Assembly: GCA_002269645.1 (NCBI GenBank)
Contig: NIVC01000371.1
Span: forward strand, 186,001-250,000
Length of the DNA: 64,000 nt
Source: Macrostomum lignano
Taxonomy: Eukaryota
Direction of reading: 5' to 3'
A program made the translations under genes and the position numbers. Numbering within the stretch: position 1 is the stretch's first letter; each line of letters starts with the position of its first letter. The notes below the pieces were generated by a model that was given only the letters and a program-made list of their open reading frames with translations, had not been told where the DNA came from and made no database searches. Below, piece after piece: positions 1 through 12,286 of this stretch.

Positions 1-456
1 TTTGTTCAATCAATCCTTTCTTCCCTAAGAAGTGAAAGTTCTAGCTCGTATAAGATCAAAAAGCCCAGGCAGTTCAACAATTGACGGCAGCTTGGCGGCT
101 TCTATAGCCATGCCATTGTTTTGCAACTCGCGGGGGTTGCTCTGTTGCTCCCCTCTTCTACTCTCGTTTTCTCTGTGCTTAATTTCGGACAAAACTGGCT
201 TTCTTTCACTGCGACGGCGGCGGCGGCGGCTGTCGAGAGGTTAAAAATGGATTTCCTGGGTTGCTTGACATTTCTCTCTCACTATGAATTAGCAACTGCA
301 GATCGAGTTGCATTTAGGCTGTGGCCCAGCTTCTGGAGTAGAGAGGGGGGCTTCGACACAGGGACCTCTTCTTTGATACTTGGACTGTTAAATAATCTTT
401 TACCGCTAGTTAAGAGCTACGAGTACACAAGAGAAGTAGCTTGCAGAGCAGATTAC

Positions 457-700
457 AGAGCAGCTCAGTGGTTAAACTGGTCTGACTCTCGTGCCACAGT
501 GCCCTGGCCCCGGGCTCGATTCCGTCCGGAGTCACATCATTTGGGGCCTGGGACTACTAACTAACTAGCTAACTAAATAACTAACTAACTTACTTACTTA
601 CTAATTAACTAACTAACTAACTGACTAACTAACAAACTGGCTAACTAGTTAATAAATTAACCTAATAAGTGACTGACTGACTTACTAGCTCGTAAATATC
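457..700 (+). mobile_element. tRNA-derived SINE with (ACTA)n-like tail
   Basis: Pol III A-box-like AGCTCAGTGG (462-471) and B-box-like GGCTCGATTCC (513-523), then GTCACATCATTTGGGG and a degenerate (CTAA/ACTA)n tail. Related heads occur at 16650-16730 and 56673-56754. Confidence 0.6.
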
Positions 701-759
701 GAATTAATAAATAAATTTACTAAGCAAAACTGTACAAATTTTAGTGAAACCACCCTTTA

Positions 760-1090
760 AATTTGAATGTCGCTTCCAGTCCATATATACAAGAGGTCCC
801 TGTCTCTCTGTGTTGGTGTTTTTGATAGGCCCACTGCGGCCTTGTGAATGGACTGCCAACTGGGTCAACTTGCACCCAAGCCTCTGAAACTGTGCCAGGA
901 AAGTTTATATTATAGCGGAAGCTTGAATTGTTCGACATCAAATGTGTGCGCATAATTTTTGTGTGTATAACAGCATCTTTATGAGAAAAGGAACTTCTAA
1001 GAAGCAACACAATCATGGATTACGGACATTCCAGTTGCCTACTAATAGGTCAACGCTCCACGGTTTTGTGTGAGTCTTTTTCATTCTTCT
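760..1090 (-). mobile_element. Degenerate 5' fragment of a non-LTR retrotransposon (APE endonuclease N-terminus, RTE-like)
   Basis: Minus strand reads MKKTHTKPWSVDLLVGNWNVR, resembling the APE motif (I/V)GTWNVR. After a stop and frameshift it reads RYNINFPGTVSEAW, resembling YNIDIAALSETRW. Heavily decayed. Confidence 0.35.
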
Positions 1091-1574
1091 TCTAACTGGA
1101 CGGCTGGCCAATCGATTTGACCTGTTTGTGGTTTTCAAGTTCTGACAGATCTGCTCTTTCGTCACACAGGCATTGTCCATTCATCACGTATTCAGGCAGG
1201 CCAAGTGCGCTTTGATGGATGCCTCGTCAGTCAAACAGGGCCTGCGGTAGGACAGAACAAGCCAGTTGCCGGCTGGCAGCCGCGATCTAACAAAAGAAGC
1301 TTTTATCCTCCCCTCGCCCAAGCACTGAAGCTATGGTATTGGTCTCTGATTGTCGGGAGCACTTTTTGCGGCTGTTTTATAGATGAATGCTGCTGCTGAA
1401 TTTCTAACTGGGTGTCGTGAATGGGATTTTGGGGATCTGAATTTTTTAGCACCCTCTTTGCTGCTTGCTTTCGGATGCAGTCTTTGAGGTTTGGCGCTTC
1501 CTTTCTTTGCATTTGAGCTCTGGCATCACCTAACTCAAATATGGCATCTGGCATCATAGAATTCTTATGTATAT

Positions 1575-2445
1575 AGGGTTTGACATCATCTCCCTCCCAT
1601 GTATTTGAGGTCTAGCATCATTTCCCTCCCATGTATTTGAAGTCTGGCAAAATCGCCCTGCCATGTATTTGAGGTCTGGCATCATCTCCCTCCCATGTAT
1701 TTGAGGTCTGGCATCATCTCCCTGCCGTGTATTTGGGGTCTGGCATCATCTCCCTGCCGTGTATTTGAGGTCTGGCATCATCTCCCTCCCGTGTATTTGA
1801 GGTCTGGCATCATCTCCCTCCCGTGTATTTGAGGTCTGGCATCATCTCCCTCCCGTGTATTTGAGGTCTGGCATCATCTCCCTCCCGTGTATTTGAGGTC
1901 TGGCATCATCTCCCTCCCGTGTATTTGAGGTCTGGCATCATCTCCCTCCCGTGTATTTGGGGTCTGGCATCATCTCCCTCCCGTGTATTTGAGGTCTGGC
2001 ATCATCTCCCTGCCATGTATTTGAGGTCTGGCATCATCTCCCTCCCGTGTATTTGAGGTCTGGCATCATCTCCCTCCCGTGTATTTGGGGTCTGGCATCA
2101 TCTCCCTCCCATGTATTTGGGGTCTGGCATCATCTCCCTCCCGTGTATTTGAGGTCTGGCATCATCTCCCTGCCATGTATTTGAGGTCTGGCATCATCTC
2201 CCTGCCATGTATTTGAGGTCTGGCATCATCTCCCTGCCATGTATTTGAGGTCTGGCATCATCTCCCTCCCGTGTATTTGAGGTCTGGCATCATCTCCCTC
2301 CCGTGTATTTGAGGTCTGGCATCATCTCCCTCCCGTGTATTTGAGGTCTGGCATCATCTCCCTCCCGTGTATTTGAGGTCTGGCATCATCTCCCTCCCGT
2401 GTATTTGAGGTCTGGCATCATCTCCCTCCCGTGTATTTGGGTTCT
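1575..2445. repeat. 32-bp minisatellite (GTATTTGAGGTCTGGCATCATCTCCCTCCCGT)n
   Basis: Period 32 read directly from the sequence; roughly 27 copies. Confidence 0.95.
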
Positions 2446-3039
2446 GTTATCTGCCTCCGATCTCTTTAAAAGGTCCTAAAAGATCCCTAATCCGTTATGC
2501 ATTCTTTTTTCTCTCTCTTCATCTGCCTCTTCTGCCTGCAATGCGCCTCTCATGCACCCGTTTCAGACCCTTTGCCGGTCATTTTACCCATCTATTATGC
2601 AACTGCTGCACCTGATGCCAGTGTGGATTTTCTTATGTACTAAAGATAATAGTTTGTAGAATTTGGTCTTGCATCCGGTTGGGCTAAGCCCCCAAAGCTC
2701 CAGGCTATGCCTACTCATCCTACTCATGAGTGGAATTAGTGTATGCAGCTCTTTGCTTTGTTTCCCCGTGTCCTATTCACCGCTGCGTCTCTGTAGCCCA
2801 GGCTCTTTGCCTATCAATAATCTGCCTATTACTGCTATGTAGCATCATTATTTATACTACTTGAATGAATCTATAATGAAACTCAATGCGCTCTGGGGCG
2901 CCATTAGGAAAAATGCGCGCACAGCATTATGAGTCGATCGCCTTCTGACTCATGCTGCGTACTTTTCGATTTGGACAGCTCTGCTCCGCATAGGCATGTC
3001 TGTCATTTTGATCCTCTCTCCTTCCTTTTGCTGTCTTTC

Positions 3040-3055
3040 TGCCTGCCTGCCTGCC

Positions 3056-3135
<80 letters not shown>

Positions 3136-3191
3136 GCCTGTCTGTCTGTCTGTCCGCATGTCTGTCTGCCGTCTGTCTGTCTGTCTGTCCA

Positions 3192-3226
<35 letters not shown>

Positions 3227-3245
3227 GCCTGCCTGTCTGTCTGCC

Positions 3246-3278
<33 letters not shown>

Positions 3279-3455
3279 GCATGTCTGTCTGTCTGTCTGT
3301 CTGTTTTAGTGTCAGTCAGTCTGTCTGTCTGTCTGTCTGTCTGCCTGTCTGTCTGTCTGTCTGTCTGCCTGTCTGCCTGTCTGTCTGTCCGCATGTTTAT
3401 CTGTCTGTGTGTGTCTGTCTGTCTTAGTGTCTGTCTCTGTCTTGGTGTCTGTCTA
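3040..3455. repeat. (GTCT)n microsatellite
   Basis: Direct; the TDRQ and VCLS ORFs are its translations. Confidence 0.97.
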
Positions 3456-4619
3456 TCTGTTTTTTCTGTCTAATTTTTAAGGTTAATCGAAGTAAAAAAA
3501 ACTTGTCCCCAATTTGACTACCGAATAAACTGTATTAGGGCAAAAAGTATATGCTGAGAGATTGGCTCTGTCAGATTGAATCCCTTTAATCTATTCTCCA
3601 TCCAGATCATGGTCAAGCCTACTACTTCTTTTGCGACTCTAAAAGTCTTTTGATCTTCTTAATCTATTATCTCTTTAACTCTTTCTCATTCTCTTTATCC
3701 ACCTATGCTACACTCGATCACTGCCCCCTCTCGCCCCCTCTGACTTTGGTACTGAATCGCCACGTGACTGATTGGGGCATTGGGTGAGAGAGCTGGAGCG
3801 AGCCAGAAAGTCTCCTTTGGAATTGCTGCTTTATTCAGTCCCGTGTGTCCCCGCTGTGTCTTAATCTCGGTCGAATCTTTCGCGTCAGCTCGCTTGTCTT
3901 CTCCGGCCCCAATCCCTTGCAAGCTCCCCGGCGTCTCAGTCTTTAAAATGAATTTCCCCTTCTCCCCCTCTCTCTTCCCCTACTAGCTCCTAAGCATAGC
4001 TTTATAGTGCTCGCTGGACTGGACGCCACGCCGCTCTGTGACTGGCCAGGGGCAGCAGCTGCTCAGCTCGTCCTCCCCGTTAGCCCCCACCTCTGCCTAC
4101 CTACAGTACCTACTTACCTACCCATCTACTGGGCGCGAGCGATCTTTTGCGTTCCTTCTCCCCTTTCTATACCTACCAGATCAGTGGTTAGCCTACATAG
4201 CTGTTCCTTTAGTAGCTTATTTCTTTATTACTTTAGAGACAGATGTTTGTCGCTTACAGCATCGGCGGCAGCGGCGGTGAAAGTCCTTGCCCTAGTTAGA
4301 TCCCCTGTTGATTAATAAATCAATCATAACCAGATTCGAGTCGTCTGCTCTCCCGGAGAACAAACTCATCTGCATATTGTTTCTTTATGTTCAGCTATTA
4401 TGTACGGTATATATAGCCCGAGAAACCTGTTAAGGTAGAATAATGTTTTCCTCCTATTGCGACGAGTATACTCTGATGAATACTTATAGAGCCTCTTATG
4501 TAACTGCGGCCGCTGAGACCTGCCAATGTAAGTCTAACGACGCTCCGAGTCTGTTTAATGAGGTTACAACAATCATAACTGCCATTCACTGGCACTAGTA
4601 GACGTTGCTAAAGTTCTCA

Positions 4620-5400
4620 ATTGTGTCCCTAGGTACTCATTTCTGTGTCCCTAGGTTCTCAGGTCTGTGTCCCTAGGTACTCATTTCTGTGTCCCTTGGT
4701 TCTCAGGTCTGTGTCCCTAGGTACTCATTTCTGTGTCCCTTGGTTCTCAGGTCTGTGTCCCTAGGTACTCATTTCTGTGTCCCTTGGTTCTCAGGTCTGT
4801 GTCCCTAGGTACTCATTTCTGTGTCCCTAGGTTCTCATGTCTGTGTCCCTAGGTACTCATTTCTGTGTCCCTAGGTTCTCATGTCTGTGTCCCTAGGTAC
4901 TCATTTCTGTGTCCCTTGGTTCTCAGGTCTGTGTCCCTAGGTACTCATTTCTGTGTCCCTAGGTTCTCAGGTCTGTGTCCCTAGGTACTCATTTCTGTGT
5001 CCCTAGGTTCTCATGTCTGTGTCCCTAGGTACTCATTTCTGTGTCCTTAGGTTCTCCTGTCTGTGTCCCTAGGTTCTCATTTCTGTGTCCCTTGGTTCTC
5101 ATATCTGTGTCCCTAGGTTCTCATGTATGTGTCACCAGGTACTCATTTCTGTGTCCTTAGGTTCTCAGGTCTGTGTCCCTAGGTACTCATTTCTGTGTCC
5201 CTCGGTTCTCAGGTCTGTGTCCCTCGGTTCTCAGGTCTGTGTCCCTCGGTTCTCAGGTCTGTGTCCCTAGGTACTCATTTCTGTGTCCCTTGGTGCTCAT
5301 GTCTGTGTCCCTAGATGCTCATTTCTGTGTCCTTAGGTTCTCAGGTCTGTCCCTAGGTTCTCATGTATGTGTCCCTAGGTTTTTATGTGTGTTTCTAGGT
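4620..5400. repeat. 22-bp-subunit minisatellite with 44-bp higher-order unit
   Basis: Alternating GTGTCCCTAGGTACTCATTTCT and GTGTCCC(T/C)(A/T)GGTTCTCAGGTCT units. Confidence 0.93.
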
Positions 5401-6041
5401 TCCCTAGGTGTTATGGTTACCATCTGGCTCTCACGTTAGAGAGGACCTAAGGATCTTTTTTTTAGAAACGACGAGAACCCAGAGCATATTTTTCCATCTC
5501 TAAACGCCATCCCGAGACTACATCAATGAGTTTACTCTCACGCAGGCTTAGAAAATTTAGGCTCCATCTCTGGAGGAGTCTGGACTCGATCGAAGAGCAA
5601 TGGCGCGAGTATGATGAGGCACGCCACCGTTGAGGAGTCTGGGAGAGAAAGAATTGCCAGGCTCTATTTGGTTTAGAGAGGAGAAATATTGTCATTTCAG
5701 GCCGTCCCCTCAGCATCTCCAGCCAGAGAGAAAAACTACGATGATGAACCAGATTGACAGGGCGGGCACAATCGGTCCGATGGTCCTTATCGATTTCTCT
5801 GCCTCTCTGCCTGCTGTGCAAGTCTTTTTACTACTCTATATGCTTAACCTACTCATTATAATATCCTTGGACGCTTGAATCCGGGTCAATCGAGGCAAAG
5901 TTCTGTAGTTAATGTAATTTCTACTTTATGTTGCAAAATGCATTCAAATCACAGTGTCTGTAGATAAGGAATCCGCATCAGGAGCTCTTTTTGAAAGTAA
6001 ATTTGCTCTGTCATATCCACTTTTGTTTTCGGTGTGTGTAG

Positions 6042-6395
6042 TATTGCTTTTGTCAGCCTAACTGAGAATAAAGCCATCCAAAGTGAGAATCCTGCCTACG
6101 CTGACTGCGAAGGGCCTGGCTGCGTGCAGCCTTAGTCTATGGGCCATAGACAATAAAGGACAAGCAAAGTGATAAAAAGCCATCCAATGTGAGAATCGAT
6201 TGGTCTATGCGTCGTATTCTTTTATTTTTATACCTTCTGAGCTTCTGAGCCATATGACTAGCCAATCCTAGCTTATCCTTTATAGTCTATGGCCCATAGA
6301 CTAAGGCTGCACGCAGCCAGGCCCTTCGCAGTCAGCGTAGGCAGGATTCTCACTTTGGATGGCTTTATTCTCAGTTAGGCTGACAAAACCAATAG
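6042..6395. mobile_element. Foldback/MITE-like element with ~120-bp near-perfect inverted arms
   Basis: 6042-6165 is the reverse complement of 6271-6395 (TTTTGTCAGCCTAACTGAGAATAAAGCCATCCAAAGTGAGAATCC...CATAGAC), with a spacer of about 105 bp. Confidence 0.8.
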
Positions 6396-6951
6396 TAGGC
6401 CCATTAGTAATCGGAATACTCACAGCTGTCGCTACTCAATGTAACTTGCGGAAAAGCCTTCAGAGTTGGAAAATCAATGTTACCCATTATATTCAAAGCA
6501 TCATCCGCGAGCTGGCCAGCAGTGTGTTCTTGCTTTTGCTTCTGCTTTTGCTTTGCCTGCTTGTCAAATGCCAGTTGATTTAAGTCGTCAGGCACGCGGC
6601 TAGATCACAAGGTCGATCGATGGGCCAATGGAAAATTGGAGGGGAGGCGGGGAATAAGAGAGGAGAATTGGGAATTTCAGAGAGAGAGGGGGACTTCTGT
6701 TGTCCTGCGCCCCGTTCCCTCGGGAAATCTAGAAAAATCTCTTTAAAGATGTAAACAGTAGCGAGAGAAAGAAAGCTAGTGTACTTACTATATAGGACCG
6801 CTGGCAGTTAAAAAACATTTTCTGGGTCTTTTTTAAAACGGGCACTCAGCAAAGCTTATCAGATGGGTCATAAAATACCAGATAAATTTCGATTAACTAA
6901 TCAAACCACTTCTATAGTTCAGGCGGTGAGAAAACTCTCAATTTGCTGTCA

Positions 6952-7618
6952 ACCATCAGACACAGACACCGTCAGGCACAGAAACTGTCAGACACAGACA
7001 CCGTCAGACACAAAAGCCGTCAGACAGAAACTGTCAGACACAGACACCGTCAGACACAGACACAAAAGCCGTCAGACAGAAACTGTCAGACACAGACACC
7101 GTCAGACACAGACACCGTCAGACACAAAAGCCGTCAGACAGAAACTGTCAGACACAGACACCGTCAGACACAGACACAAAAGCCGGCAGACAGAAACTGT
7201 CAGACACAGACACTGTCAGACACAAAAGCCGGCAGACAGAAACTGTCAGACACAGACACCGTCAGACACAAAAGCCGTCAGACAGAAACTGTCAGACACA
7301 GACACCGTCAGACACAGACACAAAAGCCGGCAGACAGAAACTGTCAGACACAGACACCGTCTGACACAGACACAAAAGCCGGCAGACAGAAACTGTCAGA
7401 CACAGACACCGTCAGACACAAAAGCCGTCAGACAGAAACTGTCAGACACAGACACCGTCAGACACAGACACAAAAGCCGTCAGACAGAAACTGTCAGACA
7501 CAGACACCGTCAGACACAAAAGCCGGCAGACACAAACTGTCAGATACAGACACCGTCAGACACAAAAACCGTCAGACACAAAAGCCGTCAGACGCAGAAA
7601 CTGTCAGACAGAGAAACC
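6952..7618. repeat. Composite minisatellite of GTCAGACA-based units (14-22 bp)
   Basis: Units GTCAGACACAGACACC, GTCAGACACAAAAGCC and GTCAGACAGAAACT recur in higher-order patterns. Confidence 0.93.
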
Positions 7619-8462
7619 GTGCAATTTCTACTTTCTGCTTCGTCCAGCGCTGAGGCTGTAACTGAAAGCGACAGCCAGATGAAGAAATATGGCTGCGACA
7701 GAAAAATGAAAGCTTTCGGGCTAATAATTATCTTTTTTTCAGACTGTACGCATACACAGGGTAGCTGTGCTGTCCTCTTCTCCATCCGTTGCTTTGACGT
7801 CTATATTTGAGTCCAACACATCAAGGCTGACCCGTGCTCGTATGCATTTGATGAAACGTTAGAAGAGTAAAAAAATAGCGTCTAAGCTGGTCCTGAGCTG
7901 TACGCAAAACCCTTTCGTATTCTCTTCAATTTCTTTTGCCAAAGCTTTTTCCCGCCTTCGTCTCTTCTTCTTCCGCTCAATTAACTGCCGCCTTGAACGG
8001 CTAATCCGCCCTGCCCTCCCTTCCCCATCTACCGCCCGTTGGCGACCAGGCGTCTCGCCAGTCGAATTCCCATAGTTGCCAGTCGCATCTTCCCTTACCC
8101 TTATTTTCTAATGCTGCTCAGTGCTCTCACCCCCCCCCCTATCTGGCTTCTCAGCTTGATCAGCCCTGGGAGAGCTATGGAGATATTTCCCGCTGATCTT
8201 GCTCTCCCCCTGCCATCCCCACACTGCCTTCCATAATAATAATAATAATAATATGTCGGTAGTATTATCCCACCAACCCAGTCCGCTGCCTCGCTGCCCC
8301 CCCCCCCTACGCCGCTTCTTTCGAATATGCCTCAACTGGTCGGGAATATATGGTGAAGAACTCGTGGGATAAAAGAACGGGATGTATAAGCTAGTCTTGC
8401 GCTGGGCGCTCCAGCTCGCACAACCGCTCACTCTATGCTATTGAATTGAATTCCATTTCCAG

Positions 8463-8514
8463 CCGAGATTGCTTTCCTGAGAGCCCAGCAGCAGCAGCAG
8501 CATCAACTAGAGCA

Positions 8515-8547
<33 letters not shown>

Positions 8548-11500
8548 CGACAGGCAGCACTCAGCCAGCAGCGGCGGCGGCGGCAGCAACGGTAGCTTTG
8601 GCTACGCCGACTCAAATTATCACGTAATTTACACGGGAACTCGAGTTCCAGCCTCTCCAGCTTATCCTATGCCTCATCATCAGCAGCAGCAGCATCATCA
8701 TCAGCACGTGCTGCACAATCGTCTTCAGCAGCAGCCGACTCCGCCGCCTTCGACATCTTCTTTAACGAATGCTTCAGCGTCCGCGTCGCCCGCTGCGCCG
8801 GCTGGTGCTGGCCACCGCTGCCAGTCCTGCGAGGCCCTGCAGTCGATGTGCGCAGCTCTGCATCGCAAACAGTCGGAGGCTGCTAGCGGACTGCGCGCCT
8901 CCGAGCAGGAGAAAACTACCCTGCGAATGCAGCTTGATCAGCTGGCGGCGGAGGCGCGCAGTCTGGCTGACGACCGGCTGACCCTGCTGAGACAGGTAGG
9001 CTGGGGCCGATTAGCAACGACTGACGATATGTAGCGATATGTTATGTAGGTAGAATCCGGCTAATCCGCCAAGCAAGACTGTCAATGGATAGAGCCAACT
9101 GATTACCGTGATTACCGATATGTAGCGACAGTAATCTAAATCTAGAATCAGACTTTTCAGTTACAATTTGCAACGACTACCGATATGTAGCGATAACAGT
9201 GTAAGAAGAATCTGGTTTAAAAGATCAGGATTTTGAGTTCAGCATTGTTGTCAAAAAAAGGGTTTAATAGCATTGATTAGCTATATGTAGCACTATCTAG
9301 TACAAATTAAGCCAATTGTTTGCTATAAGCAAGAACTAACGATATGTAGCGACAACAATCTAGATCTATATAACCAGGCTATGCAGCTATAATTAAAAAT
9401 ACAATGGCTACCGATATGTAGCGACATTAATATAGGAAAAAGAATTTGCTCATGTGTGGAATCGTCATCCTGATTACTCTTCCGGCTGTCAGGTTAGCGA
9501 CCTGCGAGTGGCTCTCTACCGCGAGCAGGAGAACGCCCAGGCCGTGTCAACCGAATGGCGCAAAGTCATGTCCGAGCGTGCCGACGTTCACGAAGAGATT
9601 CGCCAATTAACTAGCCGCGGCGAACTGGCCGAAGATCGTCTGCGAGCCGTTGAAGCCCAACGCGACGAAGCTCTAGAAGCCTGTCGTCAGCGTCGATGCT
9701 GCGGCGGTGGCGAAGCGGCTGCCGAATTGGCCAAACTGCGCGAGGAGGCCGGCGACCTGCGCCAGCTGCAGGCCACGGCCAGGTCGCAGCGCGACTGGGC
9801 TCTGCAGCAGCGGGCTAGCGCGCTAGAGGAGCGCGAGGCGTTGCGCAACCTGTGCGAGCAGCTGCGCGCCGAACGGGACCAGGCGGTGTCGCGGCACGCC
9901 GACACGATGCAGCGATGCGACCTGCTGGAGGCGGAGAAACGCCAGCTGGCCAATCAGCTGCAGGAGGCTGCGGCCGCCGCCAACCAGTTTGCGGAAGCGG
10001 TTTCGGAGTCAAAGGATGCCGGCGAGACTGCGAAACCCGCTGTTCGGGACGGCCTGGTCAATGTTGATATTGGCCCCATTGGCAAGAACATCGGCTTCCA
10101 GGTAGGGGCATCGGGCAACTTTTCACCTAGCTGTATGCGCTTCTAACTTCATGCTTGGTTTTAGCTGGCTTCTGACTTAATGATTGGGTCTTCAGTAAGC
10201 CGACACGTCCTAGATCCTCAGTGTCTGGGCCAGCCTCCCAGATCCTCGGTGTCTGGGCCAGCCTCCCAGATCATCAGTTGCTGGGCCAGCCTCCCATGCA
10301 GGTCCTCAGTTGCTGGGCCAGCCTCCCATGCAGGTCCTTAGTTGCTGGGCCAGCCTCCCAGATCCTCAGTTGCTGGGCCAGCCTCCCAGATCCTCAGTTG
10401 CTGGGCCAGCCTTCCAGAGTGTCAGTTGCTGGGCCAGCCTGCCATGCAGGTCCTTAGTTGCGGGGCCAGCCTCCCAGATCCTCAGATGCTGGGCCAGACT
10501 CCCAGATCCTAAGTTGCTAGGGCCAGCCTCCCAGATCCTCAGTTGCTGGGCCAGCCTCCCAGATCCTCAGTTGCTAGGGCCAGCCTCCCAGATCCTCAGT
10601 TGCTGGGCCAGACTCCCAGATCCTCAGATGCTGGGCCAGACTCCCAGATCCTCAGTTGCTGGGCCAGCCTCCCAGATCCTCAGTTGCTGGGCCAGCCTCC
10701 CAGATCCTCAGTTGCTGGGCCAGACTCCCAGATCCTCAGATGCTGGGCCAGACTCCCAGATCCTCAGTTGCTGGGCCAGCCTCCCAGATCCTCAGTTGCT
10801 GGGCCAGCCTCCCAGATCCTCAGTTGCTGGGCCAGCCTCCCAGAGTGTCAGTTTCTGGGCCAGACTCCCAGATCCTCAGTTGCTGGGCCAGCCTCCCAGA
10901 TCATCAGTTGCTGGGCCAGCCTCCCAGAGTGTCAGTTTCTGGGCCAGCCTCCCAGATCCTCAGTTACTGGGCCATTTTACCATTTATTTTTAGCCATGCA
11001 TGCCCCGCACTAAAAATATCCCTCTTACTTCCTGTTCAGGTCACCGGCGGTCCCCACCAGCCCCTGGCCGTGAATGACACCTCCCTCTACGTGCTCAACG
11101 TGATCCCGGGCAGCCAGGCCGACGGTAAGCTGCGCGTCAACGACCAGATCTGCCGGGTGAACGGAGCCAACGTTGTCGGCCGGTCAGCCGAAGAGGTGTA
11201 CGCCGCTCTGCAGGCCTGCTCCGGCTCGGCCAGCTGCGTGCTGACAGTCCGGCGCAGGCGAGTCCACTGGCGGACGCATCCGGTCTGCGTCCGGCTGTCC
11301 GGCGCCCGGCCAGCCGACTTGATCCAGCTGGACGCCGGGTTCTACGTGAAGCGAGTGCTGCAGCGACCGCCCGGCTGCCGACCCGTCTCGTTCGACGACG
11401 ACAACGCCGATGACAATGTCGACGGCGGCAACAGCGGCGGAGACGGAGACGGCGGTTGCGGCGGCATCGCAATCGGCGATCGAGTTCTGTCTATCGACGG

Positions 11501-12254
11501 TCGCCAACTAGACGGCCTGAGTCTGGCCGAGGCGCGCCAGGTGCTTGCCGAGTGTCGGACAGGTGGCAGCAGCGGGCCCTGCCAGCTGCTGATCTGTCCC
11601 TACAGGGCCTACGCCAGCCGCGACGAGGTCAGAGCCGGCCCGCCGTCCGATGTTTCCGTCGCAGATCCTTTAATTGACAGCGGCGTCACTGCCGCCACGG
11701 GAAGCGCCCAGTCGCCCGATTCTGCTCTGAGCTCGATGACAAAGTCTCCTACGGGGCACTGGAGCACGGAGACGGCCGAGTCCGAGTCCTCCGTGGCCGG
11801 AAGCGGCTCCGGTAACGGTCACCGGAAGGACTCGGTGCTCGACCGGCTAATTAATCGTTTCCGATCAGCAGGCGGCGGAGGCGGCAGCAAAGCCAAGAAG
11901 TCGAGTTCCGGTGCCAACGCCGCCGCCGCCTCCGACTGCATCGCCGAGCGAGAGGAGGTCGCCGCCATTGACGAGTTGGACTCCATGCTTCGCGGCTACG
12001 ACCGGCGTAGAGGCGGCGGCGGCGGTGGCAGCGGCATCAGCGGCGGAGGCAACGGCAAAAAGTTCGCCACGGTGCACGGCGATCATTTCGTTGACAGCTC
12101 CGGCGGCTCAGGGCCTGGCTGCGTCAACACCGACAAGGAGATTGGCGCCAAACGGAAAGAGCGACCACCGCTGCCGTTCGTGTTTCCAACAGCTGGCGGC
12201 GCCGCTGGCAACCGACTGTCGCCGATGTCGCCAACGCTGCCTGTTTTTGATCAT

Positions 12255-12286
<32 letters not shown>

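Noticed and set aside
3530-4620. LTR-like region with AATAAA and a GGTTACA end at 4561-4567
   Set aside because: No matching TG start or TSD could be identified.
5462-8236. Short ORFs in unique-looking sequence (5462-5878, 7588-8236)
   Set aside because: Multiple stops in all frames, no recognisable domain and no compatible splice sites to DLG5.
9025-9424. Six copies of CGATATGTAGCGA separated by 45-90 nt spacers, CRISPR-like at first glance
   Set aside because: The spacers resemble each other (AATCTAGA, GCAACGACT), spacing is irregular, there are no cas genes, and it lies in a spliceosomal intron. It is a decayed tandem repeat.
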